A stretch of 45,523 bases of DNA, counting the filler, from Jimgerdemannia flammicorona (Eukaryota): assembly GCA_003990765.1 (NCBI GenBank). It is 2 parts of 2 records of this genome, joined end to end, with 100 filler letters (N's around TTAATTAATTAA, not from the genome) between each part and the next. Parts side by side here need not be neighbours in the genome. Positions count along the whole stretch, not along the records: positions 1 to 22,713 come from RBNJ01001220.1; 1 more part is not named here. The stretch is one strand, 5' to 3'. The notes below the pieces were generated by a model. The model made no database searches and was not told the origin of the DNA. It worked only from the letters and a program-made list of their open reading frames with translations. Position numbers and translations under genes: made by a program. Positions 1 to 11,472 of this stretch are shown piece after piece (the stretch's first letter is position 1; each line of letters starts with the position of its first letter).

Positions 1-18
1 AAAAAAAAAAAAAAAAAA
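1..18 (+). repeat. poly(A) run at window start, possibly the tail of an upstream LINE
   Basis: 18 A at the window edge; the other long A runs in this window are LINE tails. Confidence 0.35.
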
Positions 19-834
19 TTAGTATTTATAAAATATTTGACTAAATAATCTGAGGTTTTCTCAATAGAAATTACAGATATCTCAATCATTATAGGTCTCT
101 TCTATAGTCATATAGATCTTCAGAAGAACTTATCTCAGACTGAGAAATAGAATTTATTGATAAGTTGATTATAACTTATATATATATATAAATTTATAAG
201 ATCTATCTAAAAAGAACTATCTCCAAACTAATAGTATAATGGAGTGAATGAATCAGATTATCAAGGAAGGATTTATCTGAGTCAATTCTATTAACTGAGA
301 TCTCTATTTATTTGAGATTTTATGGAAAATTTGAAATATCTTTTTATTTTTATTTTTTATAAGTACTAGGCCTCTTTATTAACTAATCTATAATAAATAC
401 ATAGTCCTCATACCACAATAGTAGCTCCAATCTGACCCTATCTATCTCCACTCTAATATACTTCCTCCTCTCTATCCTCTTTCTCTTAAAAATAATTTAA
501 GCTAGAGCAGTTTATCTATTCTGCTGAAACTCTCATATTTGAAGAACTCAGGCAGATAGTAAATTAATACATACTCCTCCTACTGTTGGGTATAAGAATA
601 TATATAGTCAAACAACCAAGTACTCAGTTCTGGAATTCTGGTATTTGGTCTCTATTTATAATCTAGTATAATACTATGAATTGTTCAACCTCTTGTCCTT
701 ATAAGTAGGTACCTCATGTATACCCTATTTATACTTTTAGTATTATTCAGTCTGTTGGGGTTTAAGGAAATAGATAAAATAGTTTCAACAATATGGTAGG
801 ATTTTATCACAATATTACTAAAATCTCTTTAATA

Positions 835-1049
835 CAGTGAGAGATAAAATCTTATCAATGTTTTATTATTTTTAAATCTTAATCTATTGTAATCTAAATA
901 TATATGAATATTATTAAATTCATATTTTAACTAATAATAAAGAAGGTCTAGAATGAAACAGTATTTATTTTGCTAAATTTGTATAATTATTTCTAAAGTT
1001 ATGACTCTTTTAAGTAAACCACTCATTGGTAAGGTTTTGTCCCCCACTA
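835..1049 (+). repeat. left TIR of Tc1 element
   Basis: aligns as reverse complement to ~2236-2450. Confidence 0.88.
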
Positions 1050-1158
1050 TTTTTCCAATAGTTTTAATTCACTAACTCCAGCTCTGCACTTGCTCTATAT
1101 CTGAAACTTCACCCCTTTATTCTTTTTTGATATACTTTTTCCTTCCACATCTCTCATA

Positions 1159-2211
1159 ATGAAAAAAATCTCAATTAACTATTACAATTATATCATCAAT
1201 GCTCTGAAGTCCAGTATATCAGCAAGCAAGATTGTGAAACAAATGGGTGTCAGCACTATAACTGTTTCTCATATATGAAAAGATTTCTGCAGTGGTGAGG
1301 TTATACTGCCAAAAGGAGGTTGCTCATATACATTCTCAGCTTGAGATGAAGTATGAGTTGTTTACTAGATTATTATGGACAAGGCAGAAACTGCAACTGA
1401 GATTGCAAAAATACTCCAAGAAGCCAGAAAAACACTTCAAGATAGACTTCAAGATGAGAGCAAACCTTCTGTAAGTACAAAAATGGTATGGAGAATACTG
1501 AAGAGAGCTGGCCTAAAGGCAATTGTGAAGCAGAAGAGGTCCAGATTGCTCAAATGACATATTAAGACTTGTTATGAGTTTACCCTTAAATACAAGAACT
1601 AGACAATTGAGAACTAGAAACAGGTCATCCTCTCTGATGAAACAAAGATCAACCATCTTGGCTCTGACAGTCGAAAATGGGCATAGAAAAAGCTGAGAAC
1701 ACTATATAATGAGCATCATATGACCAGAATGGTAAAATTCAACAGCAGATCTCTGATAATCTGGAGATATATGATATATGAGAGAGTTGGTTATACCTAT
1801 CAGATTGATGGTCACATAGATGCAGAGCTGTACCAGAGTATTCTTGATGACAAATTGCTGAAAACAATTAAATATTACTATATGAATCAGAAAAGGTTGA
1901 TTTTTCAGCAAGATAACAACTTAAAATATATGTCAAAAAAAGTCTGCTAATAGTTTACTGATTACTTAATTTATTTATTAAGTTGGCCAGCACAATCTCT
2001 GGACCTGAATCCAATTGAACATTTATGATAGCAACTTAAAAAACAACTTAATACATATACAGAGCTCTCTAAGAGAATGCAGGATCTTTGAGAATATATA
2101 GAGTAGGAATAGAATAAGATTCCAAAGAATGTTTGTATTGGTTTAATTAAGAGTATGCCAAGGAGAGTTGCTGCTATATATAAGGCAAAAGGGGGCTATA
2201 CTAAATATTAA
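1159..2211 (+). pseudogene. Tc1 transposase pseudogene
   Basis: HTH-like N-terminus, VILSDETKIN (~1624), FQQDN (~1903), WPAQSLDLNPIEHL (~1984), 34 codons between second D and E, C-terminal AKGGYTKY*; several stops and a frameshift. Confidence 0.92.
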
Positions 2212-2235
2212 AATGATCAATAAACTGATTGGTGA

Positions 2236-2450
2236 CATATCAGAGACAAAATCTTACCAATGGTCAGTTTTCCTAAAAGAGTTATAACTTTAGAAATAAT
2301 TATTCATATTTAGCAAAATATATACTGTTTTAAAGCTCTAGACTTTCTTTATTATTGGTTAAAATATAGATTTAATAGCATTTATATTTAGACTACAATA
2401 GGTTAAGATTTAAAAATAATAAAACATTGGTAAGATTTTGTCCCTTACTA
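2236..2450 (-). repeat. right TIR of Tc1 element
   Basis: reverse complement of 835-1049. Confidence 0.88.
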
Positions 2451-2512
2451 TATAATGAGATAGCATATTTAGAAAAATCTCCACTTATATATATATATAT
2501 ATATTATGTTCT

Positions 2513-2748
2513 ATAAGGGGGCTTGTTTGAGCCCATAGGTCAATGGATATAAGAATGTCTTAAGTACTTAGGTCTTTAGCACTGTATGCCTTATCTCTAT
2601 TTTGAACTATATAGTATATATACATTTTCTTAATTGGTCTTTTTTGCTTAATGCTATCTATTTAGTACTCTATGTACTATATGCTACTCTTTATACTATA
2701 ATATATATTTATATTCACTTTTATATATATTTGTATTTACTTTTTCTA
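2513..2748 (+). repeat. Ngaro repeat A1
   Basis: 236-bp direct repeat of 7385-7620, differing mostly by transitions. Confidence 0.88.
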
Positions 2749-2777
2749 ATTATATTATATTCACTATATATACCTCA

Positions 2778-4220
2778 ATGGTACTCACTATTAACTTCTA
2801 CTCTCTATACTGATACAACTCCTCCAATATATTCAAAGGACAACATAACCTCAGTTCTATATCCTGCCCATTCTGCTATAATATCTCTTTTATTGAACAT
2901 ATGCTCTGCTTTTTGCAAGATGACCCCAATGATGAGAATAATCTCAATATTGATGCTCTGATTTTATATCTCAAAAATCTATCAGAAGAAGCAACTTCTG
3001 CTTCCCCTCAATACTCTTTATGACTCTCTATCTATGTGATGTCCAAGACTCCTGTTTGAGCATAGTCTCTCACTCTAGAGTAGTCTACATCAGTAGCTCT
3101 ACTGCTCTCTTCTGTTAGCTCCATCAAGACCAGTATCATTATACTATAAGAACATACTTCTATCCAAAACTACTGTATTGATAAGCTACTTCACCTACTT
3201 TATGTATATCTAACTATGACTATTATTAATACCCCAGTCTTGATCCAGATAATCAAGATCCATCCTTCCAGCAATTCTACCATCTCTGTCATAAATTAAT
3301 TATTTGTAGACCATGCCACCACATCTCTATCAGTGGCTATCATCTCTGTGCCTTCTCTTTCAACAGTAATTTCTGCCTCCACCCCCCCTAGCTCTTTACA
3401 GTCTACTTGGTAATCCACAGAGTAAGTTCTTTCCTCTATCTGCTATCCTCATTACTACTACCTCCCATACTATCATTTGCAGCATCAACCTCTTATTCAA
3501 GTATACTCATATCAACCAATGCCTCTTAGCAGCAGTCATTGACAACTTCTTCTCTGTCATTTCTCTTGACCAATTTCTAGAGCATAATGTCATATCTTCT
3601 AGCTCTTCTCTTGAGGCTCAATTTGTCAAAATAATTGATGACTCTAGTACAAGAGTCATTCTATAGAGGCCTCCATCTATCATTAAGGATCTTTCAGATA
3701 TTCTGGCATTTCTCACCACACTTCTTAGTTATTTTAGCATCCTCCAGGATGCTTATCCTGAGCTCACTGAACCTATCTCATTCTTTACCTATATTGCTAA
3801 CTTTATTCTACTCTCTACATCATTCTTCTAGTCAACACTTCTTGACTATCACATCTTTTTTCATACTAAGTACTTAGTAGAAATTATGAATAACAATATC
3901 TCTCTAATCTGGTATCACTTATGGACTTGCCATGACCCTTATTTATTCATAGTACTTAGTCTACATTAATGTCTCTGAATGCTGATTACTACTCTCAAAC
4001 CATCTAGACTTCATGGTTCTCTACAGCTCTCTCATTCTGCTGAAGGCTTGATCTCCTATATAGAGAATAGCATGGTGAGCTATCCCATATACTGTGCCTA
4101 CAATAGTATTACTAGTAATAAAGGATCTAGACTATCAGCAGCTGAACTATTCCTATGCTCATATCTGTATATGGTGTGGTAAAGATCATTTGTGGTCTCA
4201 CTGTTTACATAATCTACTTT
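2778..4220 (+). pseudogene. Ngaro gag-like ORF1 remnant (boundaries approximate)
   Basis: lies between A1 and RT; Cys/His knuckle YAHICIWCGKDHLWSHC at ~4154-4204. Confidence 0.5.
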
Positions 4221-4389
4221 TTTGACCTTAGAAATTTGCTCTCACCCCACTTACCTACATTCCTCCACCTGTCTCACTTACCTATATTCCTCCACCTGCT
4301 CTGCTCACCTGTATTTCTCTATCTGCCCTACCTGCCTATAATCCACCACCTACCCCCAATACATTTCTCCAATGATCAATCATACTTCT

Positions 4390-5970
4390 ATCTAATGATA
4401 CCACTCAGACTATTCTATAGAGATTTCTACTATTATCTACTACTTTTTACTCTGCTATATGGATATGAAAACTCTAATATTATCCTGATCAGTCTGTCTC
4501 TCTATCTGCCATCACTGCTATCACTCAAGGCATACTTCTTAGTTTTGACAGCCCTCAGTATCACCTCTTAGCTCACAACTACTATTCTGCTCTAGACTAT
4601 CTAGATATCATTACCTCAGATATTACACAGAAGCTCATGGTGGGTCAGATCTGCAGTCCATTTTCAGTCTCTCTATTTGCCAACTTCTGCTCATCCCCCC
4701 TCAGTACTGTGACTAAGAAAAATTCCACCACTGCTTAGTGATATATTCATGACTTGTCCTAGCCTCACAGTAGTAGATCAGTAAATACAAGTATTGATTA
4801 TGATATCTTTATACTGTCCTACATTCATTTTGATGATACATTGACCCTAATCTGCCAGTTTGGCCAAGATTGTCTACTATTGAAGATTGATCTCACTAAT
4901 ATCTATTATTATATACTTATTCACTCTACTAATTAGGAGCTGTATGATTTTGAATAGTCAGATCTGTTCTATTTCAACTGCTTCACTCCTTTTAGTATGT
5001 CTTCCTTATCATTTCTCTTTAACTTCTTCACTGAGCTCCTCATATAGATGATACTTCAGTATAGTCTTCAGGTTCTCATATATTATATAAATAACTTTCT
5101 GCTAATCTCTATACTAGTTATTAGGGCAGTATCTACCAATCTCTAATTATTCCTGTCCCTTAGCCAAGACCTCAGCTGGTCTATTTAAGAGCAGAAGGTT
5201 GAGGGGCCATTGATATCTCTGGTTTTCCTAGGTATTGAGCTCAATTCAGTTGTAATGGAAGCTCATCTTCTCATAGGTAAACTCAATGCTATCATAATGC
5301 TTCTTCATCAGTAGTCTATGTGGATATCTTATATGAGGCCTCAACTTCAATCTCTTATTGACTCCTTAGCCTTTACCAGTAAAATTATTCTACCAGAACA
5401 GCCCTTTCTCTGGCATTTCATTGATCTACTCTCTAGCAACTCTAACTTCCACATCTCTTTACCTGATGTATTCTATGCCAATATTCAGTGATAGCTTACT
5501 TTTCTACTACTTTGGAATGGCATTTTGGTCATTTACCCAGTCAAGTGGTCTAGTTTGCCTAATGTCCATCTAAGGACCAATGCCAGCAGTGATCTAGGCT
5601 TTGGAGTATATTATGAAAAATTGTGGTTCTTGGCCCTATGGCCCCCTACCCTAATGCTATATAATATTCAATTAAAAGAGCTCTATATTATTGTGGTGAC
5701 CACTACTACTTGGGATATTCAGTAGACTTTTCACTAGATCCTTCTTTATGTAGATAACTAAGCAGTCATTGCTATTATTAACTCAGGCACTATATATAAC
5801 TCTCTTCTACTTAAGCTTCTTTGCTAACTTTATTTCCTCATGATATCATATGTCTTCCAACTTTACACTATATATATCTCTATCTCTGATAATGGTATTG
5901 CTGATGCTTTGTCCCACTCTGACCTCCCTTGCTTCCACTGTCTTGCCCCCTATATATAGACATATCCAAC
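4390..5970 (+). pseudogene. Ngaro reverse transcriptase / RNase H remnant
   Basis: SPF..LFANFCSSPLSTVTKK, IHDLS, LLKIDL, YINNFL (decayed YLDDFL), FLGIEL, TNASSDLGFG, IQLKELY, YVDN, NGIADALS. Confidence 0.85.
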
Positions 5971-5979
5971 AATGATTAG

Positions 5980-6960
5980 TATCATCTGTATACTGCACTT
6001 TCACCCATTATTACCTTCTTTTTGTAGTTCAGACTAGCAAAATCTACATATCACTCATATTCTTCAGAATAACACAGCTTTCTCCAATTCTATATCCTCT
6101 ACAGTAATTGTAGTTCCAGCAGCACCCTACCTATATCTGAGCTGGTACTGATGTATTGGATCTGTTATCTTACCTTATAACATCTGCAACTCACTACTAT
6201 CAAGTAGTATCTCTCAGCTATTTGGTCTCTTCACATTGACTCTGGTCTTGCCAATCCTTTCATAGGCCTTCAACAGCTGCCCTGAGTTATGTATGATATC
6301 AAATGATGGCTGGGCATACAGCCAGCCCATCCTTGGCTCCTAATCACCATTTGTATCTTATGGTAGCTTCTGGCCCTTCTGTGCCTATAAGATCATAATG
6401 ACCTCAATCTGGTGATAGTAATATCTCTGGCCTATATCAGGTTCCTGAGGTCAGATGAGTTTACATAGGATTGTCCATTTGATTTCTCCTTCCAGATTTC
6501 TTAAGACTGTGTAGTCTTTCACCCTCATATTATAGATCCTATATATATCACTCTGACTCTATCTGCCTCAAAAATGGACCTCTTCTGACAGAGCTATGCT
6601 CTATTTATCATCAAAATAGTACTAAATATACTCTGCATTGTATCTCTACTTCATCTTCTATTCCTTACTGCCCTCAACCCAGCAAGTGCTCCTCTATTCA
6701 TATACTCTGCAAGCTGCTCCTTCTTCTGCTCCTACCTCATTCACCATCTCTGGTCTCTGCTTCCATATATTGGACTTAATCTGGCTCTCTATGCCAGTCA
6801 TAGTTTTCAGATTAGTACTATGTCAGATGCCACTACAGCAGATCTATTGGACTATAAAATTCAAATACTTGGGCACTGGTCAAATATAGTATTCCAAGGA
6901 TATATTTACATACCTATATCTCACATCTATAATCTTCAGGCCTTTCTCACTTAGTCATTT
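5980..6960 (+). pseudogene. Ngaro tyrosine recombinase remnant
   Basis: LAYIRFLRSDEFT (box I Arg), SKMD (SKTD), YASHSFQI (HSFRxG), IQILGHWSN..FQGYI (GRWxS...Y). Confidence 0.85.
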
Positions 6961-7251
6961 TCCTCAGCCACTGACATTTCTAACCATATGTCCATGATAT
7001 CAGTTAATCAGTAAAGTATATCTTGCTGTATATGGGTCCATGATATCAGCTATTAATGCAGAGCACTGTGTGCTCTCCACATCATTCTGGTATCACATTG
7101 CTCATGATACCAACCTATCTTCTCTGCCTACACTTCTCTACTTTCCTTTAGGTATTGGTCCTTCCTCATTCTCACTTCCCCCACATTAGGTCATACAACA
7201 CTTCCTTCCTTATTCTTGCTTCCCCTACATCAGATCACACAATACTTATTT

Positions 7252-7382
7252 GGGCCAGTTTTTCTACCATCTGTTTCTTTTCTTTTCACCCAAATACATA
7301 TTCCTTGAATTAAAAATCTTTTCCAGAGTTCTTTCTTCCCCCTTTGAACTTGTTGTACCTCTTGACATTATTGCAAAAGATT
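7252..7382 (+). repeat. Ngaro repeat B1
   Basis: 131-bp direct repeat of 7651-7781. Confidence 0.9.
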
Positions 7383-7384
7383 AA

Positions 7385-7620
7385 ATGAGGGGGCTCATTT
7401 AAGCCCACAGATCAATGGATGCAGAAATGTCTTGGGTGCTTAGATCTTTGGTACCATATGTCTTGTCTCTGTTTTGGGCTGCATAGTGGGTGTACATTTC
7501 CTTTTTTGGTCTCCTTCACTTAATGCTATCTATTCAGCACTCCATGTACTATATACTACTCTTTGTGCCATAACATACATTTGCATTTGCTTTCATGTAC
7601 ATTTGTGCTTGCTTTTTCTA
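7385..7620 (+). repeat. Ngaro repeat A2
   Basis: direct repeat of 2513-2748. Confidence 0.88.
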
Positions 7621-7650
7621 CCACTCTCCCTCCCCACACATATATATAAG

Positions 7651-7781
7651 GGGCTGGTTTTTCTATCATATGTTTCTTTTCTTTTCACCCAAATATATAT
7701 TCCTTAAATCAAAAATCTTTTCTGGGGTTCTTTCTTCCCCCTTTGAACTCATCATACCTCTTGACATTATCGCAAAAGATT
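7651..7781 (+). repeat. Ngaro repeat B2
   Basis: direct repeat of 7252-7382. Confidence 0.9.
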
Positions 7782-7865
7782 GATACATATCAACCCACCA
7801 AGTCAGACATTTGTTTGCCTCATTTGCAATGTGCACAGTTTCCCATTTGTGGACTGTAATCTAGG

Positions 7866-9022
7866 TTGGACACAATCAGTACATTTCTCATCCCTGGATT
7901 AATCCTCACCCATAAACACACTCTCCAAGAATTCTTCCAAGAACTTCTTGACTTCACCATTGTACATATGGAGACCATTCTTGAGTCTACCACTATGCTT
8001 GCTACATTCTTCGATGAAATTCCTCCTACACTTTTCAAGCAGATCCTCACTTCCCCTTACTTGAATTTGTAGTGTGGAATTTGGCTTTGAACTGGGCGTG
8101 TCACCACACCAAGGTCTTGAAACCTATGGTCAAATCACAAGTGAAGATGAACCTTGCCAGTGAAATACACGAAGACACACACTCGGAGATAGTGCCAAGC
8201 AATGTGGCTTCCGATATAGATGCAGGTGTGATTGATCAACTACTCATTTCATCTCAGCAGCTCATGGTGCTGAATGCCACTCTTAGACTACTAACTCTGG
8301 CGATCTATTTCACCCTTTTTGAACTGGAGCAGTTTGCCAATTCTGTCAAAACTCTTACATTCTTCCTATCGATACGTCAATCTATTGATAGAGGTTCTTT
8401 TCTCAGCCAAACAATACATCGACTGAGACCCTGAGAATAAAGAGCAAGGATAAGAGTGCTTTTTCTTCAGACATAGCCAATTATGAGTCATTGATGCTTT
8501 TGAAACATGGATTGTAGAGGTAAAAGAGATTGCTAGCTGTAATACGCTAGCAAATTTGCAGTTCAACAAGCTATACCAAGCTTCCGTTCATGGCTTCCAA
8601 GCCTCTACCTTTCATCAAAGGTACGACAATCAAGGACCCACACTCATGCTCATAAAAATTTCTGATGGATATCTGTTTGGCAGTATCAATTTCAACTCCT
8701 GGCAATCAGGCATTGGCAACTTTGTTAAGTGCAGCACAAATTTTCTGTTTGCTTTGAAAGATAGACTGCACTAACAACAACCAGTGAAATTTGGCATCAC
8801 CAATCATGAATATGGAAGCTACAACATAACAAGTCAAGGGCCTACATTCGGATATGGGTATGACATATGTATTTATGATCAGCCAAATAGTACATTGTTA
8901 TTCCACAGCAAATTACCAAACAGTTATTCAGTACTGGTACATTGTACACGGCCAGAAATTTCACCATTACAGATTATGAGGTGTTCTATTTCGAAGGAGT
9001 GATGACCTTTGATAATATTTAA
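7866..9022 (+). pseudogene. BACK + TLDc domain protein pseudogene (BTB-BACK-TLDc type; N-terminal BTB not seen)
   Basis: BACK-like LFKQILTSPYLNL..VWNLALNW; TLDc motifs FNKLYQASVHGFQASTFHQRYDNQGPTLMLIK..GYLFG, NFLF, GPTFGYGYDICI, FTITDYEVF; stops and frameshifts. Confidence 0.82.
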
Positions 9023-9378
9023 GATTGATGGAGTGCTGAAGAACGGTGCATAAACATTCATTTGTTTATAGGGCATTGGTACCCTTATTTGTCCTGAAAG
9101 GATTGCATATTAGTGAATTCTTCTCAAATGAATCCCAGACAAGCATCTTATTTGTTACATTCCTTTATATAGTGTGATGTATGTAATTGACAATGGAGTA
9201 CTGGTGATTGCTAAGATCAGATGACATAATGGCATGATAATCAAATAGACAGCCTGACCAATTAGGTGATCACCCCAAAAGGAGTAATGATAATCTGAGC
9301 CAAAAGGAAGACTACATTATTTAAAGAACCATACTCCACCTCAGGAATCAGCACCAAAGAACAAGTACCCACCACACA

Positions 9379-10309
9379 ATGTCTCCTATCCACCGCCCCA
9401 ACCAGACCTCCCGCCGCTCTTCCCCCCTGCCTGGCCCAAAGACTCTAATCCTTGAAGCTATCAAGAAGGCTATTTGGTGCCCAGACACCTCTGAATATCT
9501 GAACTTCTATACCGAGGACCTTGGATACTTCATCAATTACCAGTATATGTATAATGACCCAACAGCTCAAAGATACCACTGAACGAATGACCCTCTAGTA
9601 TGATTACGAAATTGGACACCACCTTCATAATGAAACCCAAGAAGGCGACCAGGAAGACCTCATTGCCAAAATGTTAACCACCAGCCAGCTAATCAAGAGA
9701 GCCCTCTGTGTCCACCAAATCTTCCGCCATATTCTCTAGGCTATAGCACACTTACAAGGAGTGACTGCTGGAAGTCTTGCCTGCCTCTCAACTGAAGATG
9801 CAGACTGAATAGAATCAGAAGTAGCTGACTCTATTGGTAGTAACCAGGTTGCTGTAGGAAGCCAACAAACCGAGTCCACTCAACCAGGCTTTCACACTAC
9901 TCCACTCCGAGACAACCATCAAGATCACCTAATGAGTCTCATGGAAATCTTCGAAGGACCACCCATTACCATTACAACACGTGTTGGAGCAACCCCAATT
10001 ACTCACCACCCTGTCAGCTATAATTTACACCTCATCATTTGGGAACCAAATCAAGAAGTCCCAGAAGTCCCTACCAATATAGAAACTGGAGGATCTGAGG
10101 AAGAAGAAAAGGAGGAACAAAGAATCTACCAATCCTCTGTTCACCTTCAAGCAGTCCAAGGGTTGGAGAATGTCATCGAAGATGATTGGCCACAATTCTA
10201 CCCCCTCACCTCCTGGCCAGCGCTCCCACCCTTTGAAGAACGGAATGAAGAAGTTATAATCCAGCAAGATGATTGGTTCACTGATGAAGGGTACTTTACC
10301 ATTCAGTGA
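9379..10309 (+). pseudogene. unknown ~310-codon ORF within the probable LTR (one frameshift near 9580, several stops)
   Basis: ORF pieces 9379-9582 and 9932-10309 joined by protein-like sequence in the second frame; acidic/aromatic C-terminus. Confidence 0.55.
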
Positions 10310-10552
10310 TCCAACATCCATTTCCTTAGTCCAGTCAGCCAACGTTTGTCAGTGAGTCAGTAACATCCATTTCCAGTGATATTACCCCCAACAACTGAAT
10401 CCGGTACTAGCACTTGCCTTATCTCAATTCAGTGATCCAACATCCGTTTCCTCAGTCTGGTCAGCCAACATTTGTCAGCAAGTCAGTAACATCTGTTTTC
10501 AGCGATACCACCCACAACATCCATATCCAACACTAGCACTCATCTTATCTCA
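10301..10552 (+). repeat. 126-bp tandem duplication in the U3-like region
   Basis: ATTCAGTGATCCAACATCC...TTATCTCA at 10301-10426 and 10427-10552. Confidence 0.9.
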
Positions 10553-11406
10553 ATTCAGCACAAACAACTGCCACATCTATATTCAGCAATTAACCACCAC
10601 AATGTAGTATACCTTAGCCCCCCCCCATAGCTAGCAAAATTGTATAAATAACCCTATATCTTAGAGTGAATAAACCTCAGTCAGTTTGTGTTTAAAAGTA
10701 AAAAGAATTACAGAGAAACCTCACTGCCTCCAAGAGACCAGATAAATTTTGAGAACAAGATAACTAGAGCAATAATTGCTCAAGGTTTGAGTTAAAGAAT
10801 TTTCTCTTGCCATGGAAAATGTTAAAGACCCACCACTAAAGGAAAGCTGCACAAAAACTGCCAACTGCCACCAAGATCCCACCAGCCCAACCGTCATGCA
10901 TTTGACCCAACTGTCATGCATTTGGAACCAACCACCATTCGAGGTTCAAGACTGTGTATTCAAGACCTGCCATTCAAGTGTTAAGACCCCAGCCAAGGAA
11001 CCCAAGAATACTAGAACAAGACCACTAGTAAACGACCAACCACCAGAACCCACCCTTAAGTTAAGAACGAATGTTCAACCGAACCGTTGACCCAAACAAT
11101 TCCCTACTGCACCATGAACCACTTAAAGTCAAGACCATCATCCGCTTCAAATCAACCGCTTTAAATTCAAGTCCACCATCAAGATACCTGCCAGTATTAT
11201 AAATAATCGCCACCTTTACCATTGAACAATTGAGCCAACGAACAATCGAACTCCCACTATCAATTATCATACAAATCAAATGCACTGATCATATGACTAT
11301 CAACCCGTAACCATTGCAAATGCACTCATATCTATTGCGCGCTTCACCAAGTGGCACATTGAGCCATGCTTGAAGCAACTAGAGATACAAACTGCATGCC
11401 ACATTT

Positions 11407-11424
11407 TGGGGGCTCAACTGGGAA
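11407..11424 (+). promoter_or_regulatory. primer-binding site, tRNA-Pro type
   Basis: TGGGGGCTCAACTGGGAA versus the MLV tRNA-Pro PBS TGGGGGCTCGTCCGGGAT; 3 nt after the LTR-terminal CA. Confidence 0.75.
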
Positions 11425-11472
11425 AGTTTTCAAAAGACTTGACCATTTGGCTCAAGAACCCAGCTATCTACA

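Larger units (their letters stand above)
835..2450 (+). mobile_element. Tc1/mariner DNA transposon (Tc1, DD34E), decayed
   Basis: ~215-bp terminal inverted repeats (CAGTGAGAGATAAAATCTTATCAATG... at 835; ...CATTGGTAAGATTTTGTCCCTTACTA ending 2450), TA on both sides (833-834, 2451-2452), internal transposase remnant. Confidence 0.93.
2513..7781 (+). mobile_element. Ngaro-type (DIRS order) tyrosine-recombinase retrotransposon, full length but decayed
   Basis: split direct repeats A1(2513-2748)...B1(7252-7382) A2(7385-7620) B2(7651-7781) around gag, RT/RNaseH and YR remnants. Confidence 0.9.
9173..11403 (+). repeat. probable 5' LTR (~2.2 kb)
   Basis: starts TGTGATGTATG, ends CATGCCACA just before the PBS; TATAAATA at ~10643; no second LTR in the window to confirm the start. 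Confidence 0.55.

Noticed and set aside
19..832. possible element remnant at the window start
   Set aside because: no termini, TSD or coding motif recognisable
2602..2961. hydrophobic 'membrane protein' ORFs (2602-2961, 3635-3877, 4155-4571, 7474-7707)
   Set aside because: artefacts of T-rich eroded Ngaro sequence and its repeats
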